This document shows, one piece after another, positions 1-8,969 of a stretch of 64,000 bases of DNA; the first letter of the stretch is position 1; every line of letters starts with the position of its first letter. Origin of the DNA: Candidatus Eiseniibacteriota bacterium (GTDB lineage Bacteria > Eisenbacteria > RBG-16-71-46); contig CAVUWA010000001.1 of the NCBI GenBank assembly GCA_963744995.1, positions 192,001 through 256,000 on the forward strand. Direction: 5' to 3'. The notes under the pieces are model-generated. The model did no database searches and was not told where the DNA came from. It saw only the letters and a list, made by a program, of their open reading frames with translations. Made by a program: the position numbers and the translations under genes.

Positions 1-10
1 GTCGTCTCAT
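1..10 (-). CDS. 5' end of a gene running off the left edge (product unknown)
   Basis: ATG at 10-8 with AGGAAAGGAG Shine-Dalgarno about 8 nt upstream; only 3 codons visible. Confidence 0.5.
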
Positions 11-83
11 GCGGTGCTCTCCTTTCCTGCGGACGGTCGACCGGCCGATCGGTTCGCGCAGCAACGCGATCCCGGAGTCGGGA

Positions 84-1418
84 CTAACGCCGCAACGGGT
101 GGGTCTCGCGCGCCATGGCGCCCGTCTCCAGCACCTCCTCGATCTTGAACACGCCGAGCTTGCGGTTCTTGATGAATCCGCTCATGGCCTTTTCGGCCAG
201 CACGCCCTGCTTGAGCATGTCCGTTAGCCACTCATCGGCGAGCGTGGGGGTGTACTGCGGCAGCGCACCGCCCTTGTCCATGAGCCAGCGCTGGTTCTTG
301 TTCTCCTGCGATCCGATCGGCGGCGCCATCACGATCGGAATGCCGAGCGCCGAGTAGAACGACAGCTCGCTCGGTTTGGTCCACAGGACGTCGGTCTCGC
401 GCATCAGGGCGTTGAAGCGGTCGAAGTAGGCCGCCTTGTCGTCCTCGCGCACGATCAGCACGCCTTCGCCGAGCGCCGTTTCGAGCCCGGCTCGGAACAC
501 GGTCTCCTGGAACAGCTTCTCGACGACTCGATTCACGCCGGCCACCAGAATCAGCCGGAAGCGCCGCTCGAGGACGGCGCTCTTCAAGCCCTCGATCAGC
601 ATCATCCCGATCTCGACCTGCGCGCCGGCGCCGCCGACGGCGAACGTCACGGTCACGCGCTCGCGCCAGCCCGAGGGCTCGGGCCGCGCCCCGAGCAGCT
701 CGTTCACCAGCGAGCCGTAGACGCTCGTGAAGCGTGCGGCCGGATCCAGGCGTCCGAGCCGGGCCAGCATGTCCGCCTTGAGCACCTCCATTCCCGGCCC
801 GCCGAGGTTCGCGCGCGGCAGCGTGAAGCCGGTGATGAAGATCCGCTCGTCGGGAACGCCGTACTGCCGGAGCCGCCGCATCGCCCGCCCGCACGGCGCG
901 AAGTAGCAGACGCGACTCTCCTTCGCCTTCGACGCCACCCAGACGCGGTTGAGATCGGCGTCGGTGATGACCGCGTAGTTGCGCTCGACGCGCGCATGGT
1001 CGGCGATCAGCGCGGGCGCGTAGAACGTGGAGATCAGCGGCAGTTCGCGCGAGCGTAGCCGTTCGACCAGGGTGCGGCCGAGCCCGCTGCGGATCAGGTG
1101 ATCGACGATGTGGTTGTTGGGCGACGGGTGCGAGAGATCGCGCAGCGGATAGAGCGGCGGGATGTGCAGCAGCCGATCGAGCGCGCCGAACATGGCGCCG
1201 CCCAGGACGGGAACGCCCTTGACGCGCGACAGCACCTCGTACGACCAGGTGAACCGCTGCCAGACCTTCGCTTCCTCCGGGTCGGTGGTGTCCGGGCTCC
1301 CGGCGATGAGAACGCTGCCCTCGGCCAGGTGCGCGAGCGCGTGCGCGGCGCGTTGATGACCGAAGCCCATGTCGGCCGTCACCACCCAGGCCCGCAATCG
1401 ATCGAGTGTCGCGGTCAT
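84..1418 (-). CDS. GT-B fold glycosyltransferase-like protein (MurG/UgtP-related, probably DUF6938-type)
   Basis: N-terminal VVTADMGFGHQRAA (GxGH loop), AVGGAG and C-terminal LWTKPSELSFY...PPIGSQE..N resemble GT28-like motifs; ATG with GGAG upstream. Confidence 0.65.
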   Translation of the reverse strand: MTATLDRLRAWVVTADMGFGHQRAAHALAHLAEGSVLIAGSPDTTDPEEAKVWQRFTWSYEVLSRVKGVPVLGGAMFGALDRLLHIPPLYPLRDLSHPSPNNHIVDHLIRSGLGRTLVERLRSRELPLISTFYAPALIADHARVERNYAVITDADLNRVWVASKAKESRVCYFAPCGRAMRRLRQYGVPDERIFITGFTLPRANLGGPGMEVLKADMLARLGRLDPAARFTSVYGSLVNELLGARPEPSGWRERVTVTFAVGGAGAQVEIGMMLIEGLKSAVLERRFRLILVAGVNRVVEKLFQETVFRAGLETALGEGVLIVREDDKAAYFDRFNALMRETDVLWTKPSELSFYSALGIPIVMAPPIGSQENKNQRWLMDKGGALPQYTPTLADEWLTDMLKQGVLAEKAMSGFIKNRKLGVFKIEEVLETGAMARETHPLRR

Positions 1419-1529
1419 GGTGCGGTCTCCGCTCCCCTTCCGTGGCGTGGCGCGGCAGAGCGCCGCAGCTTCGGTGCGTTGATCCTGCGTCCGCCGGAGC
1501 GCCCGTCGCAAGCCCCGGCGGCGGACGTC

Positions 1530-3851
1530 CTACCGGGCTCCCGCGGGCGCCGGCTGCGCGGGCGCCGGCGCCGCGGCCGTGCGGGCGCCGGCCACGCTCC
1601 GCTCGCGCGCCCCGGCCCGGCGTTTCATCTCCGCCGCGTACACGTTCATCATCCGCAGCGCGCGATCCGCCGTGCGGAACGCCGGGATGCCGCCGTCCTC
1701 GATGCGCCCGGCCATGGCGTCGTAGAGGCGGCCGCCGTCCACCACCACGACCCACGGCTTCGGCGTGAGATCACGGAGGCGCACCAGCCGGTTCGCCAGC
1801 GAGTCGGCGTGCGCGACGTCGTCGGCGTGCCCCGCTCCCGCCGCGAGCGTATTCAACGCACCGGTGAGCGGCACGCAGCCGATCAGCCCCGCACCGACGC
1901 CGGGATCGAGCAGCACGGCGCGTACGACGTCTTCATAGTCGGCGTCGTTCATGATCGGCGTCAGGTCGATCGGATTGCGCGGGGTCACGATCTCGCCGAG
2001 CCGCGCGCGCTCGAGCACATGGCCGATCGCCTCGAGCGTCGCCGGCGCGAACGGCGCGAGCCGGAAGGCCCCGAGGTGGTCGGCGATCGCCACGCATTCG
2101 AACCCTGCGTTGGTGACCGCACCGAGGGTGGAATCCGCGACCTCGCGATCGCCGAGGCGCACGAGAAGACGCACGACGTCCTCGAAGTCTTCGAGCGTCC
2201 CGGCCAGCACGACGCCGGCTTCGCGCGCGAGCTGGCGCAGGGTTTCGTAGTCGCCGGCCACCGCCGCCGTGTGACTGGCGGCGGCCGAGGCGCCCGCGCC
2301 CGTGCGTCCGCCGGCATAGAGCACCACGGTGCGACCCGATCCGGTGATGCGCGCCGCGGCCCGCATGAAGCGCCGTCCGTCGAGCATGCGGAACCCCTCC
2401 GCGTACACCGCGAAGACGTCGACCTCGGGATCATCCGCCAGGTATTCGAGGTCGTCGCCGAGCGTCAGGTCCATCTGATTGCCGGCCGAGATCACGTAGC
2501 GCGGCTGGACGCCGCCGAGCTTGCTGATCTTCGATACCGTGAACGCGCCGCTGCCCGAGATCAGCGCGACCGGATCCGCCGCGCCGGCCGGCATCGGCAG
2601 CTTCGCTGAGGGGATGAACAGCGTGTTGTAACGGCCCGGCACGGAGCGCACCCCGAGACAGTTGCCGCCGTTCACCACGGGCCCGCCCCACGGCGTGGCG
2701 CGCGCGCGTGCGAGCGCCGCGCGCACCCGCGCCGCCAGCGGGCGTCCCGCGGCGGTTTCATCGAGACCGCCCGGGATCAGGATCACGCTCTCGGCGCGCT
2801 GGCCCGCGATCACCGATTCGATGGCCTCCGGCACCTGCGCGGCCGCGATGCTGAGGATCAGCAGATCCACGCGGCCCTCGAGCGCCTCGAGCGACGGCAC
2901 GCAGCGGCAGCCGTCGAGCGCCTCGCGCCCGGGTTTGATCACCGTGATGTGCGCCGCGGGCGTGCCGTCCGCGAGCAGATTGCGCAGGATGATGTGCCCC
3001 GGATTCATCTTCTCGGAGACGCCCATCACGGCGACCGAACGCGGCCGGAGCAGCGCCCCGAGTTTTGCGATCGGCCGTGGCGGCGCGGGCCGCGGCGGCT
3101 CGCGGGTGAAACGCAGCAGCGCGTCGAGCGCAACGAAGTGGCCGCCCGAGAAGGCGAGCGGGTTCACCTCGAACTCGGCGACCGGATCCGGCACGAAGGC
3201 GGCTGCGAAGTCGAGGAAGCGGCGTACCAGGTCCGACAGTTCGGCGAGCGGCACGAGTGGCGCCCCCCCGCGGCGGGCCGCGGTGAGCTCGCGCACCGCC
3301 GCCACCCGCTCGAGCGCGCGGGGAACGCTCGCCGCATCGGCCAGCGCCGGCGACAGAATCGCGAGCGCCTCGTCCGGCCGCAGCGCCGAAGCGATCGCCT
3401 CGGCCCCGACGCCGCCTGCCCCCACGGTGACCACCGGACCGAAGTCGTCGGTCCAGCGCATGCCGATGAGCAGCTCGTGCCCGAAGCGGGCCTCGTGGGG
3501 CACGAATGCCTGCAGGACGAAGCCGTCCACGCGCGTCCCGGCGAATCGCCGCTCCATGGCGGCCACCGCCTCGCGGATCGCTTCGCTCTCGTTCGCCACG
3601 ACACGCACACCCTGCACGTCGGTCTTGTGCGCGATCTCGGGCGAGAGCACCTTGACCATCACGCGATCGCCGGGAACGACGGGGTGCGGCAGCGTGCGCA
3701 CCTCCCTGGCCCCGTGCACCACCACCCAGCGCGGCACGGCGATCCCCATCGCCCCGAGCAGGGCCAGCCCTTCCGTCTCGAGAAGACCCGGGTCGCCGCG
3801 CGCGCGGCCGGACGCCAGAATCCGGGCGATGGCCGCGCGGTCCGGATTCAC
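1530..3851 (-). CDS. Acetate/acyl-CoA ligase (ADP-forming) family, fused; ATP-grasp domain N-terminal, CoA-binding and ligase domains C-terminal
   Basis: VKVLSPEIAHKTDVQGV, ELLIG...FGPVV, EFEVNPL (ATP-grasp); PRSVAVMGVS, GGNCLG, SAGNQMDL, ASHTA phospho-His motif, NPIDL; GTG start overlaps the iorB stop. Confidence 0.88.
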   Translation of the reverse strand: MNPDRAAIARILASGRARGDPGLLETEGLALLGAMGIAVPRWVVVHGAREVRTLPHPVVPGDRVMVKVLSPEIAHKTDVQGVRVVANESEAIREAVAAMERRFAGTRVDGFVLQAFVPHEARFGHELLIGMRWTDDFGPVVTVGAGGVGAEAIASALRPDEALAILSPALADAASVPRALERVAAVRELTAARRGGAPLVPLAELSDLVRRFLDFAAAFVPDPVAEFEVNPLAFSGGHFVALDALLRFTREPPRPAPPRPIAKLGALLRPRSVAVMGVSEKMNPGHIILRNLLADGTPAAHITVIKPGREALDGCRCVPSLEALEGRVDLLILSIAAAQVPEAIESVIAGQRAESVILIPGGLDETAAGRPLAARVRAALARARATPWGGPVVNGGNCLGVRSVPGRYNTLFIPSAKLPMPAGAADPVALISGSGAFTVSKISKLGGVQPRYVISAGNQMDLTLGDDLEYLADDPEVDVFAVYAEGFRMLDGRRFMRAAARITGSGRTVVLYAGGRTGAGASAAASHTAAVAGDYETLRQLAREAGVVLAGTLEDFEDVVRLLVRLGDREVADSTLGAVTNAGFECVAIADHLGAFRLAPFAPATLEAIGHVLERARLGEIVTPRNPIDLTPIMNDADYEDVVRAVLLDPGVGAGLIGCVPLTGALNTLAAGAGHADDVAHADSLANRLVRLRDLTPKPWVVVVDGGRLYDAMAGRIEDGGIPAFRTADRALRMMNVYAAEMKRRAGARERSVAGARTAAAPAPAQPAPAGAR

Positions 3852-4423
3852 GCCGCGGCCTCACGGCCGGCCCGGAACGCATCGCGGTTGACCGCGATCA
3901 CCCGCGGCCCCTTCGAACGGAACGTGGCCTCGAGCGCCGCCTCCAGCGCATGGACGTCGAGCGGCAGCACGCGTGAAGCCGCACCCACCATGACCGAATT
4001 CGACGCCTGCACGTCACCGGCCTGCCGCGCGAGTCCCTCGGCGTCGATCAGCCACGAGCGCGGTGTCGCCGCGCGCACCCGCTTCACGACGTCTTCCTCG
4101 TCGGGGTACTCGGGAATGTTGACGAACGCGTTGGAGCTGGTGACCAGGATGCCCCTGGGCGACAGGTAGTCGAGGCAGCGCAGCGCCTCGACCGGCTCGA
4201 GGCTCAGGATCAGGTCCGCGGAGCCGCGCGGAATGAGATCGCTGGCGATGGCCCCCTCGGTGAGCCTGAGGTGCGCCGAGACCGCGCCCCCGCGCTGCGC
4301 CATGCCGTGCACTTCCGACTGCTTGGCGGCGAACCCCAGGGCGGTCGCCGCGCGGCCGATCACCGCCGCCATCGACAGCACCCCCTGCCCGCCCACGCCC
4401 GCGAAAACGATGTCGTACTTCAT
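3848..4423 (-). CDS. iorB: Indolepyruvate:ferredoxin oxidoreductase beta subunit
   Basis: MKYDIVFAGVGGQG, SEVHGMAQRGGAV, EPVEALR; ATGA overlap with iorA. Confidence 0.93.
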   Translation of the reverse strand: MKYDIVFAGVGGQGVLSMAAVIGRAATALGFAAKQSEVHGMAQRGGAVSAHLRLTEGAIASDLIPRGSADLILSLEPVEALRCLDYLSPRGILVTSSNAFVNIPEYPDEEDVVKRVRAATPRSWLIDAEGLARQAGDVQASNSVMVGAASRVLPLDVHALEAALEATFRSKGPRVIAVNRDAFRAGREAAA

Positions 4424-6036
4424 GACGCAACCCCCGCCGCCGCGGCGCGTGCTTTGGCCCGCGCGACCTTGAGACAGTCCCGCACGGCAACGATCACCGA
4501 GATGCCCTTGTGGTCGATCTCCTCGCGCAGCAGCGCGGCATTGTCGTGAATGCGGCTGCGCGCCGCCTCGACGACGTGGAAGTGCTCGCGCGGCACGCCG
4601 ACCCCGAGCACGATGCTCTGCAACCGGGCCGACGGCACGATGGTGTCCTGGGCGCCGGTCATGCCGACGGTGCCGTTGTCCATGATGAGCACGGTCATGT
4701 TCGCGTCGGCGGCCACCGCATCCATGAGCGCCGTGATGCCGGAGTGCAGGAACGTGCTGTCGCCGATCACCGCGACCACCGGGTGCACGCCGGCCTCCGC
4801 GGCGCCCTTGGCCATGCCGATCGAGGCGCCCATGCAGACGCACGACTCGATCGCCGAATAGGGCGGCAGCGCACCGAGCGTGTAGCACCCGATGTCCGCC
4901 GTCACCATGTGGCCGTCGAGCCCGCCGAACACCTCCTTGAGCGCGAGGTAGGACTGCGCGTGCGGGCAGCCCTTGCAGAGTTGCGGCGGCCGCAGCGGCA
5001 GCGTGAAGCCGTCCAGCCCGAGCCGCTCGCGCGGCGGCAGCCCGAGCGCCGCACGCACGATGTCCGGGTCGAGTTCGCCGTCGGGCGGCAGCGCGCCCGA
5101 CAGGCGGCCGTGCACTTCGATCGGCGTTTCGAACACCCCGACGAGCTGCCGCTCGACGAACGGATAACCGTCCTCGATCACCAGGATGCGCTCGACGTGC
5201 GCGGCCAGCCTGCGGATCGCGGAGACCGGTAGCGGATAGGCGCCGATGTGCAGGTGCGACGGCGCCTCGTCGAGCCCGGGCAGGTTCTCGAAGTAGTACG
5301 CCCGCGCGAGCCCCGTGGTGATCACGCCCAGGTCGCGGCGCTTGGGGTTCAGGGTGAGCGTGTTCCAGCGGCTGGTTTCGCTCCAGTCGAGCATCGCCTT
5401 CTGCCGCTCGATGAGCCCGCGCCACTGTTTGCGCGCGTTGCCGGGCAGCAGGACCCACGAGGCGCGTCTCGGCGCGCGGGTGATCGGGTTCTCGTCGCGC
5501 GCGGCGCCGACCTTCACCGCCGTGCGGCTGTGCGCGAGCCGCGTCACCAGGCGCATCACCACCGGCACGCGGAAGCGTTCCGAGAGATCAAAGGCCTCGA
5601 CGGTCATATCGTAGGCCTCCTGCTGGCTCCCCGGCTCCAGACAGATCACCCGCGCGAAGTCGGCGTACCAGCGGCTGTCCTGTTCGTTCTGCGAGCTGTG
5701 CATGCCCGGGTCGTCGGCCACGGCGAGCACGAGGCCGCCGTGCACCTCGACGAGGGCGGAGTTCACGAAGGGGTCGGCGGCGACATTGACGCCGACGTGC
5801 TTCATCGCGACGAGCGCGCGGCGCCCGGCGAACGCCGTGCCCAGCGCTTCTTCATAGGCGGTCTTTTCGTTGGCGCACCAGGCGGCGTGCGGCGTGCCGT
5901 GTTTCTCCCGGTGGTTCAGCAGATACTCGAGAATCTCCGTCGAGGGCGTCCCGGGATAGCCGTAGGCAGCGGTGATCCCCGCATGCACGGCGCCGAGCGC
6001 CACGGATTCGTCACCCAGCAGGATGGTCTGTCTCAT
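4420..6036 (-). CDS. iorA: Indolepyruvate:ferredoxin oxidoreductase alpha subunit (no C-terminal ferredoxin domain)
   Basis: LLGDE, YGYPGTPSTEI, NEKTA, MKHVG.NVAADP, DDPGMHSSQNEQD, LCKGCPH, DIGCY, TPP motif GDSTFLHSG; GGAGG SD. Confidence 0.93.
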   Translation of the reverse strand: MRQTILLGDESVALGAVHAGITAAYGYPGTPSTEILEYLLNHREKHGTPHAAWCANEKTAYEEALGTAFAGRRALVAMKHVGVNVAADPFVNSALVEVHGGLVLAVADDPGMHSSQNEQDSRWYADFARVICLEPGSQQEAYDMTVEAFDLSERFRVPVVMRLVTRLAHSRTAVKVGAARDENPITRAPRRASWVLLPGNARKQWRGLIERQKAMLDWSETSRWNTLTLNPKRRDLGVITTGLARAYYFENLPGLDEAPSHLHIGAYPLPVSAIRRLAAHVERILVIEDGYPFVERQLVGVFETPIEVHGRLSGALPPDGELDPDIVRAALGLPPRERLGLDGFTLPLRPPQLCKGCPHAQSYLALKEVFGGLDGHMVTADIGCYTLGALPPYSAIESCVCMGASIGMAKGAAEAGVHPVVAVIGDSTFLHSGITALMDAVAADANMTVLIMDNGTVGMTGAQDTIVPSARLQSIVLGVGVPREHFHVVEAARSRIHDNAALLREEIDHKGISVIVAVRDCLKVARAKARAAAAGVAS

Positions 6037-6060
6037 AACACCTCCGCCGATGCATGGACT

Positions 6061-6075
6061 GCATCGCGCGTGCCA
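6061..6075 (-). promoter_or_regulatory. Putative sigma54 (-24/-12) promoter of the iorAB-acd operon
   Basis: TGGCACG-CGCG-ATGC versus consensus TGGCACG-N4-TTGC, about 25 nt upstream of the iorA ATG; partial IHF-like TCAA-N4-TTG at 6100-6110. Confidence 0.65.
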
Positions 6076-6481
6076 GCGACGAGGTGTGGCCCGATCGGGC
6101 AAGAGATTGAGCCGAAAGCGATTGGACGCGCGACGCCGGAGCCGCGAGCCGCGCCGCATGACACGGAAGGCGCGCGGATGCATTCCTGTCATCCGGCGCC
6201 GCCGGACGCGCAGGCCCCCGTTCTTCCCACGAGGCCGTCGGCCGCGCGAATGCAGGGGATCAGCGCCCCCTCGATCTCGTGCACCTCGACGAGACCCTGT
6301 GCAGACCCCCTCCCCGGTGATGGGCCGCTTCGTCATGCCGAGCGATCCGCGGCCGTCCGTCGCCACGGCGCACTTCGACGTCACCGTGTCCCGGGACCGA
6401 CGAGGTGCCGCCCCGTGGACCTCGACCTTGTCGGTCGACCATGCGCCGGCGACCGCGACGCACCGCTCCGGACGCCACGGG

Positions 6482-6509
6482 TGGACGCACGCCGCGGAAT
6501 CCGTATGCT
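6482..6509 (+). promoter_or_regulatory. Possible sigma70 promoter of the octaheme cytochrome module
   Basis: TGGACG-16 nt-TATGCT about 50 nt upstream of GTG 6559. Confidence 0.35.
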
Positions 6510-6558
6510 GCCGGAAACCGTCGGCGCGCCGCGCCGACCCACCCGCCGGGAGGCTGCC

Positions 6559-7794
6559 GTGTCGTTTCGATCCATCTTCATCGCCGTGCTGGTCAGCACC
6601 GCGCTGGTCGCCGCCGCGCTGATCCTCAACGCGCGCCGCCCCGCGGTGGAGACGGCGCAACCGACCGCCGCACTGGTCAAAGCCAGCGGCAAGTGCGCCG
6701 AGTGCCACCGGCGCGAGACCCGCGCCATCGTCGTCGAGTTCGAAGGCAGCCGGCACGCGGTGAAGGGCGTCACCTGCCTGGACTGCCACCGCCCGGTCAA
6801 GGGCCAGCCCGGCCAGGAACATCGCGGGTTCACGATCGCGAAGACGCTCACCGCGGCCAACTGCGCGCAGTGCCACCAGCGCGAGTACGACCAGTTCCTG
6901 CGCAGCCGCCACGCGGCGCCCGCGTATGCGGCGGTGCTCGGCAGCGCGCCGTTCACGCCCGAGCAGATCGCCGTCGCCGAGCAATTCCACCCCGGCGCCG
7001 TGAAGCGCACAGCGAATGCGCTGGTCGGGCTCGAGGGAGAGGCCGCCGCGGTGAAGGGCTGCATCTCGTGCCATTCCGTGGGCCGCCCGAACGAGGACGG
7101 ATCGATCGGCACCTGCACGCAGTGCCATGCGCGCCACGCCGCCTCGGTGGCACTCGCGCGACTGCCGCGCACCTGCGGCCAGTGCCACATGGGCCCCGAT
7201 CACTCGCAGATCGAGATCTACGAGGAATCGAGGCACGGCGTGCTCTTCAACGCGCAGCGGGCGCGCATGCGCCTCGACGCGCGCCCCGACGCGCTGACCC
7301 CGGACGACATGCCGGTGCCGACCTGCGCCACCTGCCACATGAGCGGGATGGGCGGCCAGAAGGTGACCCACGACACCTCAGAGCGTCTGTCGTACGAGCT
7401 GTTCGCGGCGGTCTCGGAGAAGCGGGCGCACTACGCCGAAGCGCAGGCCAACATGAAGGACCTGTGCAACACCTGCCACACGAAGGGCCACACGGACCGC
7501 TTCTACGCCGAGGCGGAGTCGGTGCTGGTCGCGACCAACGCCAAGGTGGCGAAGGGCATGGCCATCGTGGACGGGCTGCGCCGCGACGGGCTGCTGACCC
7601 CGAAACCCTTCGACGAGCCGATCGAGTTCACGGCCTTCGACTTCTGGCACTACTACGGCCGCACGACCAAGCACGGCGCGTTCATGGGCGGCGCGGACTT
7701 CGTGCAATGGCACGGCAACTACGAGCTGCTCGCCCACCAGATCGAGCTGGAGGCGCAGGCCGCGGAGCTCCGGCGCTCCCGTGCGCATCGCTGA
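6559..7794 (+). CDS. Octaheme cytochrome c, hydroxylamine oxidoreductase (HAO) family
   Basis: 8 CxxCH motifs (CAECH, CLDCH, CAQCH, CISCH, CTQCH, CGQCH, CATCH, CNTCH); HAO-family signature CGQCHMGPDHSQIEIYEESRHG; C-terminal GAFMGGADFVQWHG; N-terminal hydrophobic anchor/signal; GGGAGG SD before GTG. Confidence 0.9.
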   Translation: MSFRSIFIAVLVSTALVAAALILNARRPAVETAQPTAALVKASGKCAECHRRETRAIVVEFEGSRHAVKGVTCLDCHRPVKGQPGQEHRGFTIAKTLTAANCAQCHQREYDQFLRSRHAAPAYAAVLGSAPFTPEQIAVAEQFHPGAVKRTANALVGLEGEAAAVKGCISCHSVGRPNEDGSIGTCTQCHARHAASVALARLPRTCGQCHMGPDHSQIEIYEESRHGVLFNAQRARMRLDARPDALTPDDMPVPTCATCHMSGMGGQKVTHDTSERLSYELFAAVSEKRAHYAEAQANMKDLCNTCHTKGHTDRFYAEAESVLVATNAKVAKGMAIVDGLRRDGLLTPKPFDEPIEFTAFDFWHYYGRTTKHGAFMGGADFVQWHGNYELLAHQIELEAQAAELRRSRAHR

Positions 7795-8623
7795 GCGCGT
7801 GGCGGCGTGGCCGCGGCCGGTGCTCGTCGAGCTGTTCGCGATCTCGAACCTCGCATTTCTGACGCTCGACGTGTTCATCGCGCATTCGATCAACGCGTTC
7901 CACTACCCGATCGAGCGGATCCCGGTGGGTTTCGGCGTGGCGGGCGCCACCGTGCTGTTCGCGGGGCTCGCCGCGGACGCATTCGATTTGCGACGCGCCC
8001 GGGCGCGCTGGGCCGGCTATCTGGTGGGCTGGTCCGCGGTCGCGGTCGGCGTGGTCGGGCTGTTCCTCCATCTCGAGAGCTCGTTCTTCGCGCAGCAGAC
8101 GCTGCGCAGTCTGGTCTACACCGCCCCGTTTGCGGCGCCGCTGTCGTTCGCCGGGCTCGGTCTGCTGGTGCTCGCGAACCGCCACGTGCGCCGCGATTCG
8201 ATCGAGTGGGGGCAGTGGGTGCTGTTCCTCGCATGGGGCGGCTTCGCCGGCAACTTCGTGCTCTCGCTCGCCGACCACGCGCAGAACGGCTTCTTCGATC
8301 TGCGCGAGTGGATCCCGGTGGTCGCGGCAGCGCTCGCGGTGGGCTTCCTGCTGCTCGCGCTGCTGCGCCCGGCGGACGCGGCGCTGCGCAGGGCGTGCTA
8401 CGGCGTCCTCGCGCTGCAGGTGGCCGTGGCGGTTGCCGGCTTCGTCTTCCACGTGCAGGCCGACCTCGCGCCGCACGGCACCGGACTCGTCAACGGCATC
8501 CTCTACGGGGCGCCGCCGTTCGCCCCGCTGCTGTTCGCCGACCTGGCCTCGCTCGCGGCGATCGCGCTCGTGGACCTGGGGGCGAAGACGGTCGAGGCCG
8601 CCGGCGATGCGGCGCAGACGTGA
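7781..8623 (+). CDS. Polytopic membrane protein (about 8 TM) made of two homologous halves with 4 matching His
   Basis: Hydrophobic throughout; repeats IAHSINAF..ERIP/LADHAQNGF..EWIP, GLFLH/GFVFH, YTAPFAAPL/YGAPPFAPL; overlaps the cytochrome stop by 14 nt. Confidence 0.85.
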   Translation: MRIAERVAAWPRPVLVELFAISNLAFLTLDVFIAHSINAFHYPIERIPVGFGVAGATVLFAGLAADAFDLRRARARWAGYLVGWSAVAVGVVGLFLHLESSFFAQQTLRSLVYTAPFAAPLSFAGLGLLVLANRHVRRDSIEWGQWVLFLAWGGFAGNFVLSLADHAQNGFFDLREWIPVVAAALAVGFLLLALLRPADAALRRACYGVLALQVAVAVAGFVFHVQADLAPHGTGLVNGILYGAPPFAPLLFADLASLAAIALVDLGAKTVEAAGDAAQT

Positions 8624-8969
8624 GCCGCTCGGTCCGATCCGTTTTCTCCCGCGATCGTTGACGGCGCTCTGAAGTGCGACGCTTGCGACCCCCCGGAAGG
8701 GGTGAGACGCGGGAACGCCCGCCGGAGCACCCGCAGGGGCGGCCGCTACGGTGCACGTGACCTCGCGCGGGCACGGCGGACACGGTCCGCCGCTCACCCG
8801 GGTTCGGCGCCGTCATCTCCCCCGGTCCCGACGCTGCGCAGCGCCCCGCCACTCGAACCCTCCCGCGCGTCGCGCCCCGCGCGACGCGCCGCAACCGGCG
8901 CGAAGGGATTCCGACCGCCTTCGCGTGCCGGGCGACGGCGGACGCCCTTCCGGGTCGCCCGCCGCTGCG

